DNA of 64,000 bases from Phycisphaeraceae bacterium (GTDB lineage Bacteria > Planctomycetota > Phycisphaerae > Phycisphaerales > UBA1924), in the NCBI GenBank assembly GCA_020639215.1, contig JACKHA010000012.1:7896-71895 (forward strand), written 5' to 3'. Below, one piece after another: positions 16,420-26,592 of the stretch. The notes below the pieces were generated by a model. It saw nothing but the letters and a program-made list of their open reading frames with translations. It ran no database searches and was not told the origin of the DNA. Position numbers and translations under genes: made by a program. Positions within the stretch are counted from its first letter, which is position 1. Every line of letters starts with the position of its first letter.

Positions 16420-19278
16420 TCAGCGGCCGCCGGGGGCGTCGGGGCCGGCGGGCTGGGGTCCCGCGGCGTCACCGCCGCCGGATCCGTCGCCATCGCCCTG
16501 GGTTGGGGCGGGCGGGGGCGGCGGTGGCGCGGTGACGTGCTGGAGCAGCTCGTCGGCGGGGGCCGGGATCGCGGCCAGCTGGATGACGTTGTTCTGGCGG
16601 GTGTAGTAGCGGGCGAAGGCCTCGCGGACGACCTGGGGGGTCATGTTGCGGTAGCGCTGCGGGCTGGACTGGAACGCGCGCGCGTCGCGCCCCCGAAACG
16701 TCGCGACCGAGAGGATGTCCCACCAGCCGGTCGCGGAGCCGACGGAGGTTTCCTGGTCTCGGGCCAGGTCCTCGGCGGCGGCGCCGACCTCTTCGAGCGT
16801 GGGGCCGTCGGTGGCGAAACGCTGGAACATCCCGTCGACCGTCTGGCAGTATCGGGCCCAGGCCTCTTCGTCGTGGTCGCCCTGGACCACGTAGTACATG
16901 AAGGAGGTGCCGGGGAACTGCTGGAGGAAGTTGATGTTGAACGACCCGCCGCCGGGCAGGCCCAGGAGGGGGGCCTCGCCGACAAGTCGGGCGTTGAGGA
17001 TGTTCATCGCGACCTTGAGGGCCTCGGCGTCGGCGTCCTCCTGCTCGCAGACGTAGAAGCCCTTGACGTAGATGCCGGCCCGAGTGCCCATGGACTGGAC
17101 CTCGGCGGTGCCGACGTGGGGCAGCGGGTTCAGGACATTTGCCCGGAGCTCGGAGAACGTGCTCGTCGAGATCCGCGGGCGATCGGGGAGGCTGGCGACG
17201 TAGTACCTGAGGGCGTCGAGGGCCTCCTCGAGGGGGATGTCGCCGGTGATGGCGACCTCCATCGGAGCCAGGGCGACGCGGCGCGACCAGGCGCGGGTGT
17301 CGTCAACGGTCAGGTGCGAGGCCATGTCGGGGGTCGGGGGGCGGACGCGGGCCTCGCCGGGAACGTACATGGTCTCGTTGAGCAGGTGGGTGAAGGTGTC
17401 GCCCAGATCGATCCCCAGGGCGGGCGCGCCCGATTCGACGCCACGGGCGTAAAGCTCGACCTGCTCGGCGTTGGGCTCGGAGCGGGTGAGCATGGCGTGG
17501 AAGCGCTGCATGTAGGCGTTGAAGAACTGGCGGTTGGTGGGCACGGCGATGCGGTAGTAGTCGCCCAGGCCGATGGACTGCATGCGGACGGATGAGGGGC
17601 GGAGCAGGGCCTGGAGCTTCGCCGACGCCATGTCGGGCAGTTCCATCACCTCCCAGGAGCGTCCGACGAGTTCGGACAGGCCGCGGGTCGAGGCGTCTTC
17701 GAGGAGCTGGCCGCCGGCAAGGCTGGCGGAAAACTCGACGCCGCCGGGCTGGCGGCCCTGCATCTGGCGGAAGTGGAATCGGACGCCGTTGGAGAGCCAG
17801 CCGGACCAGACCTGGGTCTCGGGGTCCTGAGCCATCTCAACGACTTCGCCCGGCGTGGGGAGAGTCGGGGCCAGGAGCCAGGGGCGGACGAGCTCGAGCG
17901 CGGGCTCGGGCATCTGGGCCCAGGCGGCCTGGGCGGCCTGCGCCACGGCCTGTTCCGTGGGCGCGCCGGGCTGGGCGGGGATGGCCAGGACCATCGCGGA
18001 CACGCCGGGGTCGATGTAGCGTCCGAAGGCCCACTCGGCGTCGTCGGCGCCGATGTTGCGGATCTGGGCGAAGAGCAGTTCGAGGCGCTGGGCCGCAGAC
18101 GGGCCGCCGCGAGACCCGACAAGGGCGTCGGCGAGCGTGGCGGCGGGGCCCGTGGTCTCGGCTTGCGTCTGGGCTTCGAGCTCGGCGGCCATGGCGATGA
18201 GCGACTCGCCGACGTCGGCGGTCTCGATGCCGTGGATGCGGATTCGGTTGGCCTCGGTGATAGCGGCGGTGAGGACTTCGCTCCAGTTGGCGGCGTCGCC
18301 CGTAGCGTGGAAGGCCGTCCAGCGGAGGCCCTCGGGGCCGTCGAGCGTGTCGCAGGTGGCGGCGGAGAAGGGGACCTTGTCCTTGGTGAGGCGGACCTGG
18401 GCGATGTTCTCGAGCACGTCGAGCGCGACGTGGGCGACGAGTTCAGCGCGGATCGCGCGGACGGAGTCGGCGTTGGCGTTGGGGGCCGCGGAGACGAGGC
18501 TGAAGACGGGGGTGGAGATGCCGGGGTCCTCGATGATGATCGGGGCGGCGGGACGGGTCCACGACGCGGCGGGGGTCGCGGGCGAGGCGGGGCGCGGGAC
18601 GCGGGCGAGCGAGCCGAAGGCGGCGCGGACCTGGCCCACGAGGGCCTCGGCGTCGCCGGGGGCGACGACGATGAGCGTGGCGTTGGACGGGACGTACCAG
18701 CGTTGGGCGAAGGCCTGGATCGCGTCGGGCGAAAGGGCGCGGACGGCGTCGGGCATGCCGGCGGCGGGACGGCGCACCGCCCGCGAGGTCGGCATGAGGC
18801 GGCGCATCGCCAGCATGTGGACCCGCTGTTCGGCCGGGACGCGGGCGAGCGACTCGGCGGCGGCGACCTTGGCGGCCGCGAGCGCGTCGGCGCGGATCGC
18901 CTGGCCCGTGATGAGCGTCGAGAACGCAGAGAGACGCCCGGCGAGGCCGGAAGCGTCGGCGAGGTTGAGCGAGACGACCGCGTGGTCGCCGGCGACGCTG
19001 GTGCTCGCGTCGGAGCCGACGGCGGCGCGGGCGGCCTGGGCGGCGACGTCGGCGGTGCCGTACTGGTTCTCGGTCTCGTGGACGAGCCCGGCGTCGACGA
19101 TGAGGCGGACGGCGGCGCCGCGCGAGGGGTCGTCGATGGGGACGACGAGGTAGCGAAGGCCGTTGTCGAGGGTGCCGCTGGTGACGCGGGGGTCGGCCTC
19201 GAAGCCCTGCGCGACGGCGCGCGGGGCGAGGAGGGCCAGGAGCATCAGGGCGGCAAGAGCGGCGAACTGGCGAAGCAT
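16420..19278 (-). CDS. secreted M16 (pitrilysin/insulinase)-family protein lacking the HxxEH zinc motif (952 aa)
   Basis: Signal peptide MLRQFAALAALMLLALLAPRAVAQG. M16-type N-terminus is GTLDNGLRYLVVPIDDP...RLIVDAGLVHETENQYG, where HxxEH would be expected. The length fits a double M16 N/C module. It has a Pro/Gly-rich C-terminal tail. Confidence 0.7.
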   Translation of the reverse strand: MLRQFAALAALMLLALLAPRAVAQGFEADPRVTSGTLDNGLRYLVVPIDDPSRGAAVRLIVDAGLVHETENQYGTADVAAQAARAAVGSDASTSVAGDHAVVSLNLADASGLAGRLSAFSTLITGQAIRADALAAAKVAAAESLARVPAEQRVHMLAMRRLMPTSRAVRRPAAGMPDAVRALSPDAIQAFAQRWYVPSNATLIVVAPGDAEALVGQVRAAFGSLARVPRPASPATPAASWTRPAAPIIIEDPGISTPVFSLVSAAPNANADSVRAIRAELVAHVALDVLENIAQVRLTKDKVPFSAATCDTLDGPEGLRWTAFHATGDAANWSEVLTAAITEANRIRIHGIETADVGESLIAMAAELEAQTQAETTGPAATLADALVGSRGGPSAAQRLELLFAQIRNIGADDAEWAFGRYIDPGVSAMVLAIPAQPGAPTEQAVAQAAQAAWAQMPEPALELVRPWLLAPTLPTPGEVVEMAQDPETQVWSGWLSNGVRFHFRQMQGRQPGGVEFSASLAGGQLLEDASTRGLSELVGRSWEVMELPDMASAKLQALLRPSSVRMQSIGLGDYYRIAVPTNRQFFNAYMQRFHAMLTRSEPNAEQVELYARGVESGAPALGIDLGDTFTHLLNETMYVPGEARVRPPTPDMASHLTVDDTRAWSRRVALAPMEVAITGDIPLEEALDALRYYVASLPDRPRISTSTFSELRANVLNPLPHVGTAEVQSMGTRAGIYVKGFYVCEQEDADAEALKVAMNILNARLVGEAPLLGLPGGGSFNINFLQQFPGTSFMYYVVQGDHDEEAWARYCQTVDGMFQRFATDGPTLEEVGAAAEDLARDQETSVGSATGWWDILSVATFRGRDARAFQSSPQRYRNMTPQVVREAFARYYTRQNNVIQLAAIPAPADELLQHVTAPPPPPPAPTQGDGDGSGGGDAAGPQPAGPDAPGGR

Positions 19279-19538
19279 GCGCGGGTCTCCGTCATCGCGT
19301 CGGGGGCCGGGCGCGGAGCCCGGGCCGGTTGTTGTCGGGACGATCGCCCGCCGGCATGAGCCGGCCCTTGAAGGCCCACCGAAGCGGGGGACGGGTCGGA
19401 ATCATTCGCGCGCCACGGGCCGGGTCGAGCCTGGCGCGGCGAAACCCCGCGTGGATACCGGTTGGCGGGGTGGTGGTTTCGTAAGGCGATGCAAGGAAGG
19501 GGGTTGGACGGGGCGGGCGTGGGTGCGTCGCGGGGACC

Positions 19539-19554
19539 GGGGCGGGGACGCCCC
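19539..19554. repeat. GGGGCGGGGACGCCCC palindromic motif, copy 1
   Basis: The exact 16-mer lies 19-34 nt 3' of the DUF1624-like stop (19573-19575). Arms GGGGCG/CGCCCC are self-complementary around the loop GGGA. Confidence 0.7.
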
Positions 19555-19572
19555 CGCTCGCGCGCTGGGGGG

Positions 19573-20850
19573 CTAGAGGTAAGTGGTCCACCAGGCGCGG
19601 TGTCGGGTGCGGACGCGCTCGTACCGGCGGCACGGCCACCACAAAAAGGCGACGACGGCGACCCACGCGGCGTATGCCACCCAGAGTTGGGGGGTGTACC
19701 CGTCCGGGAACGGGGGGCCGAGCTGCCAGCCGGAGGTAACGCCGAGCAGGGCGAACCACAGGATGGCGGAGGAGATGTGGATGAGGGGGATGTGGAGGAG
19801 GTAGAAGAACAGGGGGACGCGGCCGAAGGTGCGGAGGTTGTCGGCGATGGGTCCGCGATGTCGTTCGAGTGCGACGAGGGCGAGCAGAGCGGGGCCGAGG
19901 GTCATGAGGAGGAACTGGAGGGAGGGTGGGTACTTGGTGGTGTTGAGCAGGGCGAGGATGGGGTGGTCGGGCGGGTTGGAGTCGATGGGGCTTGGGTCGC
20001 CGTAGGTGAGGGCGGCGCGGAGAAGGAGGAACGCGAGGATGCAGGCGGCGCCGAGGGCGGCGGTCCACTTGAGGCGGGGGGCGGCGGGCATCGTCGCGAC
20101 CTTGCCGAAGCAATAGCCCAGGGCCATAACGCCCGGCCAGGGGATGAGGGGGTATTGGACGAGGATGCCCGGGAGGGTGAACGGGCGTGTTGCGTCTGGG
20201 TTGAACGAGACGAAGCCCTGCTCGTGGAGGATCTTCCAGGGGATGGCGAGCCACTGCGAGGTCTGGGCGAGGTCGGCGGCGGTGATGTGGTCGAGCAGGT
20301 TGTGGAGCAAGACGGTGGCGAGGCCGAAGGCGAGGCTGGCTGCCCACGGGAGGCGGACGAGGACGGCCATGACGAGCATGGAGAGGCCGAGCGCCCAGAT
20401 GACCTGCAGGATGACCAGGCCGATGAACACGCCGCCCCATGACGCGCCGATGAGGGTGAGTTCGAGGAGGATGAGCCAGAGGCCTCGGGTGAGGAGGTAG
20501 CGGGAGAGGCTGGGGCCGGCGGGTGGGGGCGGTGCGGGCGTGATCGGAGCGTCGGTGGTATCTGTCCGGGGCGGGGACGCCCCGGCTCGCTGTTGGTCGC
20601 GGGATTGTTTGAGCCAGATGGATGTGCCGGCGAGGAAGACGAAGACCGGGGCGCAGAAGTGGGTGATCCAGCGGGTGAGGAAGAGGGTTGGCGAGGCCTG
20701 GGAGAGGTCTTCGGGGGCGTGCGGGAAGGGGGCGAAGTAGTCGCGGGCGTGGTCGAGGGCCATGAGGATCATGACCAGCCCGCGGAGCTGGTCGATGGCG
20801 TCGAGGCGCGGGCGTGGCGGCGTCTTGGCCATGTAGGTGTGATACCACAT
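19573..20850 (-). CDS. DUF1624/heparan-alpha-glucosaminide N-acetyltransferase-like polytopic membrane protein (425 aa)
   Basis: RLDAIDQLRGLVMILMALDHARDYF plus many hydrophobic segments. The alternative ATG at 20832 (MAKTPP) is equally plausible. Confidence 0.65.
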   Translation of the reverse strand: MWYHTYMAKTPPRPRLDAIDQLRGLVMILMALDHARDYFAPFPHAPEDLSQASPTLFLTRWITHFCAPVFVFLAGTSIWLKQSRDQQRAGASPPRTDTTDAPITPAPPPPAGPSLSRYLLTRGLWLILLELTLIGASWGGVFIGLVILQVIWALGLSMLVMAVLVRLPWAASLAFGLATVLLHNLLDHITAADLAQTSQWLAIPWKILHEQGFVSFNPDATRPFTLPGILVQYPLIPWPGVMALGYCFGKVATMPAAPRLKWTAALGAACILAFLLLRAALTYGDPSPIDSNPPDHPILALLNTTKYPPSLQFLLMTLGPALLALVALERHRGPIADNLRTFGRVPLFFYLLHIPLIHISSAILWFALLGVTSGWQLGPPFPDGYTPQLWVAYAAWVAVVAFLWWPCRRYERVRTRHRAWWTTYL

Positions 20851-20883
20851 CGCGACGGGCGGCGGTGCGTCGGGAGGGGCGGG

Positions 20884-21453
20884 CTATTGCGACGGGCTTG
20901 CGGCGAGGATGCGGTCGGCGGCGGCGGCGAGATCGAAGGCGGCGGAAACGAGCAGCAGGTTCGAGTCGGGGACGCCGGCGCGGCGGCCTGATTCCAGGTC
21001 GCGGGGTTTGTCGCCGATGGCCCACGAGCGGGGAAGGTCGATGTCGAAGGCGGCGGCGGCGGCCAGGAGCATGCCGGGGGCGGGCTTGCGCCAAGTGTGC
21101 TCGCGGGTGAACGCGGGGACGCGGCCGATGGGGTGGAAGGGGCAGTAGTAGATGGCGGCGAGGAGGCCGCGGCGCTGGTCGTCGACGAAGAGGCGGCGCA
21201 TGGCGTCGTTGGTGGCCTCGACCTGGTCGATGGTTCCGTGGCCACGGGCGACGAGGCCCTGGTTGCTCACGACGATGAGTGCGAAGCCGGCGCGGGCGAG
21301 GCGTCGGCAGGCCTCGATGGCGCCGGGGAGGGGGCGGACCCAGGCGGGGTCGCAGAGGTCGCCGTGGTGGCGTGCGGCGAAGGCCTCGGGGGGGAGGGAA
21401 CCGTTCTCGATGAGGGTGTCGTCGCGGTCCAGGAAGATCGCGGGGCGGGGCAT
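20884..21453 (-). CDS. gmhB: D-glycero-D-manno-heptose 1,7-bisphosphate phosphatase-like HAD-IIIA hydrolase (189 aa)
   Basis: ORF 20884..21633 trimmed to ATG 21453: MPRPAIFLDRDDTLIEN (DxDxT), VVSNQGLVARG, YYCPFHP, RKPAPGML and AIGDKPRDLESG motifs. Confidence 0.8.
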   Translation of the reverse strand: MPRPAIFLDRDDTLIENGSLPPEAFAARHHGDLCDPAWVRPLPGAIEACRRLARAGFALIVVSNQGLVARGHGTIDQVEATNDAMRRLFVDDQRRGLLAAIYYCPFHPIGRVPAFTREHTWRKPAPGMLLAAAAAFDIDLPRSWAIGDKPRDLESGRRAGVPDSNLLLVSAAFDLAAAADRILAASPSQ

Positions 21454-21483
21454 GGTTGAGGGTACGGCGTTCTTGCGGCGATC

Positions 21484-21635
21484 ACGTGGGACGCGAAGGG
21501 CGCGAAGGGACGCGAAGGGCGGGGGAATGGGGTGTGTGCGCGAAGCGATCGCGGGCGTCTCGACGCGTTCTGCTCGCTGAGCCTCGGACCGCTCTGGTTT
21601 GCGTCGCGTTCCTTCGCGTCCTTCGCGTTCCACGT
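21484..21635 (+). repeat. 32-bp inverted repeat of GA-box units with an 88-nt loop (gmhB/gatA divergent region)
   Basis: Left arm 21484-21515 is ACGTGGGACGCGAAGGGCGCGAAGGGACGCGA. The reverse complement of the right arm 21604-21635 is ACGTGGAACGCGAAGGACGCGAAGGAACGCGA. That is 29/32 identical, and all three differences are G in the left arm against T in the right arm on the + strand. Confidence 0.85.
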
Positions 21636-21685
21636 CGAAGCGGGGGGAGCATCAGGCGGGGCGGGAGTCGGATACGCTGCGTGCG

Positions 21686-23200
21686 ATGGGCAAGGATGCG
21701 ATGGGACCGGAGTCGGCATCGGCGATCGCCGCGGCGGTGTCGCGGCGGGAGCGGTCGGCCGAGGAGGTCACGCGGGCGGCGCTGGACGCGATCGCGGCCC
21801 GGGACGGCGGTGTGCACGCGTTCTTGCAGACGTTCGAGGACATGGCGCTGCGTCAGGCGCGCGCGATCGACACGCGGGTGGCCGCGGGGGAGTCGGTCGG
21901 GGCGCTCGCCGGGGTGCCGGTGGCGCTCAAGGACAACATCTGTCTGGCGTGGGGTCGGACGACGTGCGCGAGCCGCATGCTGGAGGGGTACGAGTCGCCT
22001 TTCAACGCAACGGCGGCGGCGCGGCTGATGGCGGCGGGGGCGGTGGTCGTCGGCAAGACGAATCTGGACGAGTTCGCGATGGGCTCGTCCACGGAGCGTT
22101 CGGCGTTCGGGGCGACGGCGAATCCGTGGGCGTCGGGGCATGTGCCGGGGGGCTCGTCGGGCGGGTCGGCGGCGGCGGTGGCGGCCGGCATGGTTCCGCT
22201 GGCGCTGGGGTCGGATACGGGCGGGTCGATCCGCCAGCCGGCGGGGCTGTGCGGCGTCGTTGGGCTGAAGCCGACGTACGGGCGGGTGTCGCGGTATGGG
22301 CTTGTGGCGTACGCGTCGAGCCTGGATCAGATCGGCCCGCTGACGCGGAGCGTGCGGGATGCGGTGGTGGCGCTGGGGGTGATCGCGGGGGTGGACGCGA
22401 ACGACGCGACCACGTCGGCGCGCGAGGTGCCGGACTTCGTGGGTGAGATCGAAACGCCGGTCGAGGGGCTGGTGCTGGGCGTGCCGCGCGAGGCACGGGC
22501 GACGGGCGTTGACTCGTCGGTGGTGCGGGCGCTGGACGAGGCGGTGAAGGTGTTCCGGGGGCTTGGGGCGAAGGTGGTGGAGGTGGCTTTGCCGCACGCG
22601 GAGCACGCGATCGCGGCGTACTACCTGGTGGCGTGCGCGGAGGCGTCGTCGAACCTGGCGCGGTTCGACGGGGTGCGGTACGGGCGGCGGGCGGACCTGG
22701 GGCCGGGGGACGAGCTGGCGGACCTGTATGCGCGCAGCCGCAGCGAGGGGTTCGGGGAGGAGGTCAAGCGCCGGATCATGCTGGGTGTGCACGCGCTGTC
22801 GAGCGGGTACTACGACCAGTACTACGCGACGGCGATGAAGGCGCGGCGGCTGATCAAGGGGGACTTCGACGCGGCGTTTGGGGGTGCGGGCGGAGGCGAC
22901 TCGCCAAGCCCAAAGTGCCACGCGATCCTGATGCCGACGACGCCAACGCCGGCCTTCCGGGCCGGCGAGCGCCTGGGCGATCCGCTGGCGATGTATCTGG
23001 AGGATGTGTTCACGGTGGGGGTGAACCTGGCGGGGCTGCCGGCGATCTCGGTTCCGGCGGGGATGGCGGAGGTTGATGGGGCCCGCCTGCCGATCGGGAT
23101 GCAGCTGGTGGGGGCGGCGTTCGACGAGGCGCGGCTGCTGCGGATCGCGCGGATGTTCGAGGGGGCGACGGGGTGGGATGCGATGACACCCGGCGGGTAG
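21686..23200 (+). CDS. gatA: Asp-tRNA(Asn)/Glu-tRNA(Gln) amidotransferase subunit A (504 aa)
   Basis: ORF 21599..23200 trimmed to ATG 21686. [12 protein letters not shown] and the amidase signature [32 protein letters not shown]. Confidence 0.92.
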   Translation: MGKDAMGPESASAIAAAVSRRERSAEEVTRAALDAIAARDGGVHAFLQTFEDMALRQARAIDTRVAAGESVGALAGVPVALKDNICLAWGRTTCASRMLEGYESPFNATAAARLMAAGAVVVGKTNLDEFAMGSSTERSAFGATANPWASGHVPGGSSGGSAAAVAAGMVPLALGSDTGGSIRQPAGLCGVVGLKPTYGRVSRYGLVAYASSLDQIGPLTRSVRDAVVALGVIAGVDANDATTSAREVPDFVGEIETPVEGLVLGVPREARATGVDSSVVRALDEAVKVFRGLGAKVVEVALPHAEHAIAAYYLVACAEASSNLARFDGVRYGRRADLGPGDELADLYARSRSEGFGEEVKRRIMLGVHALSSGYYDQYYATAMKARRLIKGDFDAAFGGAGGGDSPSPKCHAILMPTTPTPAFRAGERLGDPLAMYLEDVFTVGVNLAGLPAISVPAGMAEVDGARLPIGMQLVGAAFDEARLLRIARMFEGATGWDAMTPGG

Positions 23201-23205
23201 ATGCC

Positions 23206-23325
23206 GAACGCGGAGGCCGCGAAGGAGCGCGGAGGGCGCGGAGATGAGGCGTGGTTGGGAGTGGGTGTCGCTCGACGCCACGCCTTGGCTTTCTTCGCGT
23301 TCCTCCGCATCCCTCGCGTTCCGCA
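23206..23325 (+). repeat. second, more degenerate GA-box inverted repeat (gatA/typA spacer)
   Basis: Left arm 23206-23234 is GAACGCGGAGGCCGCGAAGGAGCGCGGAG. The reverse complement of 23293-23321 is GAACGCGAGGGATGCGGAGGAACGCGAAG (22/29). The right arm closely resembles the right arm at 21604-21635. Confidence 0.65.
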
Positions 23326-23411
23326 TTTCGAGCGTGCAATCGCCTACGATCGGGGGCTCCGACGGGAGCGTTTTCCGCCCGCGGGCACCACCCCAAACAG
23401 AGACCTCAACC

Positions 23412-25313
<1,902 letters not shown>

Positions 25314-25340
25314 GGCCCCGTGCCGGTTCCCGGTCGCGGC

Positions 25341-26387
25341 TCACCGAGCCGCATCGAGCAGTTCGCGCGGCGCGGCACCATTGAGCAGGGCGCGGCGGGC
25401 ATGGGTCGGGGTGAGGCCAAACTCGGCGCGGAACGCGCGGGTGTAGTGGCTCTGGTTGCAGAACCCGAGGCGCTCGGCGAAGTCGCCGATCGACAGGCCC
25501 GGCTCGGCCAGGCGGTCCAGCGAGGCCCGGACGCGGAGCGAGCGGACATAGGCGTGGATGGTGTCGCCCGTGTGCTGCTTGAAGAGGCGGCACAGGTGGA
25601 ACATGGAAACACCGACGGCGGCGGCCACGTCGTCGAGCGTCAGCGGCTTGTCGAGGTTGCGGGCCAGATAGGCCTTGGCGCCCTCGATCCAGGCGCGGTG
25701 GTCGCGGGCGGTGGCGGGGCGGGCGTGCGTGGGTGCGGCCCGCTCGGCGGCGGCGTGGATGAGGATGTCGACGATGTTGATGAGGGCCTCGTCGACGAGC
25801 AGGTGGTCGACGTCTGGGGCGGGCTGGCGCGGGCGGTCGTCGCGTTGTGCTTCGACGGCGGGCGGATCGGCCAGGTCGGTCGCGTGGGCGGCGACGTAGC
25901 GATAGAGCGCTCGCTGGGCCATGAACACGCCGGGGGCGGCCGGGGCCGAGGGCCAGCGGATGGGGCGATCGTGCTGGGCCGCGGCGGGATCGTGGGCCGC
26001 GACGATCTCGCGGAGGATGTCGGGGCGGATGACGATGAACTCGCAGCGGTCGCCCTCATCGGCCAGGCGGCGGCGTCGATACGGCTGGTGCGCGTTGTAG
26101 AGCATCGCCTCGTTGGAGGTGGCGACGACGGGCTCGAAGTCGGCCTGGGCGATGGTCACCGGGTCGCGCGCGAAGGCGAACGTCGGCATGTCGCCGGTCC
26201 GGTTCTCCTCGTTCCAGAGGCTGCTGGTTGGGGGACACCGGAAGGCGCCGATCGCCCCGACGGAGCCGGCGTAGACGCGTCGGCGGACGGCGTCGCCGCG
26301 CTCGAAGATGCTCGGGCGGAGCGGGCCGGCGGTTTCCGCGCGGGCGGCCCGCGCGCGAGGCGTTGGTTGGTTCCGGAACGAGTTCAT
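25341..26387 (-). CDS. AraC-family transcriptional regulator (348 aa)
   Basis: ORF 25341..27410 trimmed to ATG 26387 (MNSFRNQ). The C-terminal double HTH reads LTLDDVAAAVGVSMFHLCRLFKQHTGDTIHAYVRSLRV...IGDFAERLGFCNQSHYTRAFRAEFGLTPTHAR. Confidence 0.85.
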   Translation of the reverse strand: MNSFRNQPTPRARAARAETAGPLRPSIFERGDAVRRRVYAGSVGAIGAFRCPPTSSLWNEENRTGDMPTFAFARDPVTIAQADFEPVVATSNEAMLYNAHQPYRRRRLADEGDRCEFIVIRPDILREIVAAHDPAAAQHDRPIRWPSAPAAPGVFMAQRALYRYVAAHATDLADPPAVEAQRDDRPRQPAPDVDHLLVDEALINIVDILIHAAAERAAPTHARPATARDHRAWIEGAKAYLARNLDKPLTLDDVAAAVGVSMFHLCRLFKQHTGDTIHAYVRSLRVRASLDRLAEPGLSIGDFAERLGFCNQSHYTRAFRAEFGLTPTHARRALLNGAAPRELLDAAR

Positions 26388-26430
26388 GGGTGTCCAGGGG
26401 CCGGCGGGGCGTGCCGGGCCGACGGGTCGG

Positions 26431-26460
26431 CGTCCGGGCGTGCGTCCGGGCGTGCGTCCG
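26431..26460. repeat. 2.5 tandem copies of a 12-mer upstream of the AraC gene
   Basis: cgtccgggcgtg occurs at 26431-26442 and 26443-26454, then cgtccg at 26455-26460. This lies 44-73 nt upstream of the AraC ATG (26387). Confidence 0.7.
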
Positions 26461-26592
26461 CTCCCGACTCTCCCGATGATACCAAACGAGAGGCCGAATC
26501 CACCGCGGCAACAAGCGGGTACCAGCAATACTCCGTTGGATTCGCGTCCAAGGTCCGCAAACGGCGCGAGGTCTTTCCGCAGGGCGCCGGGC

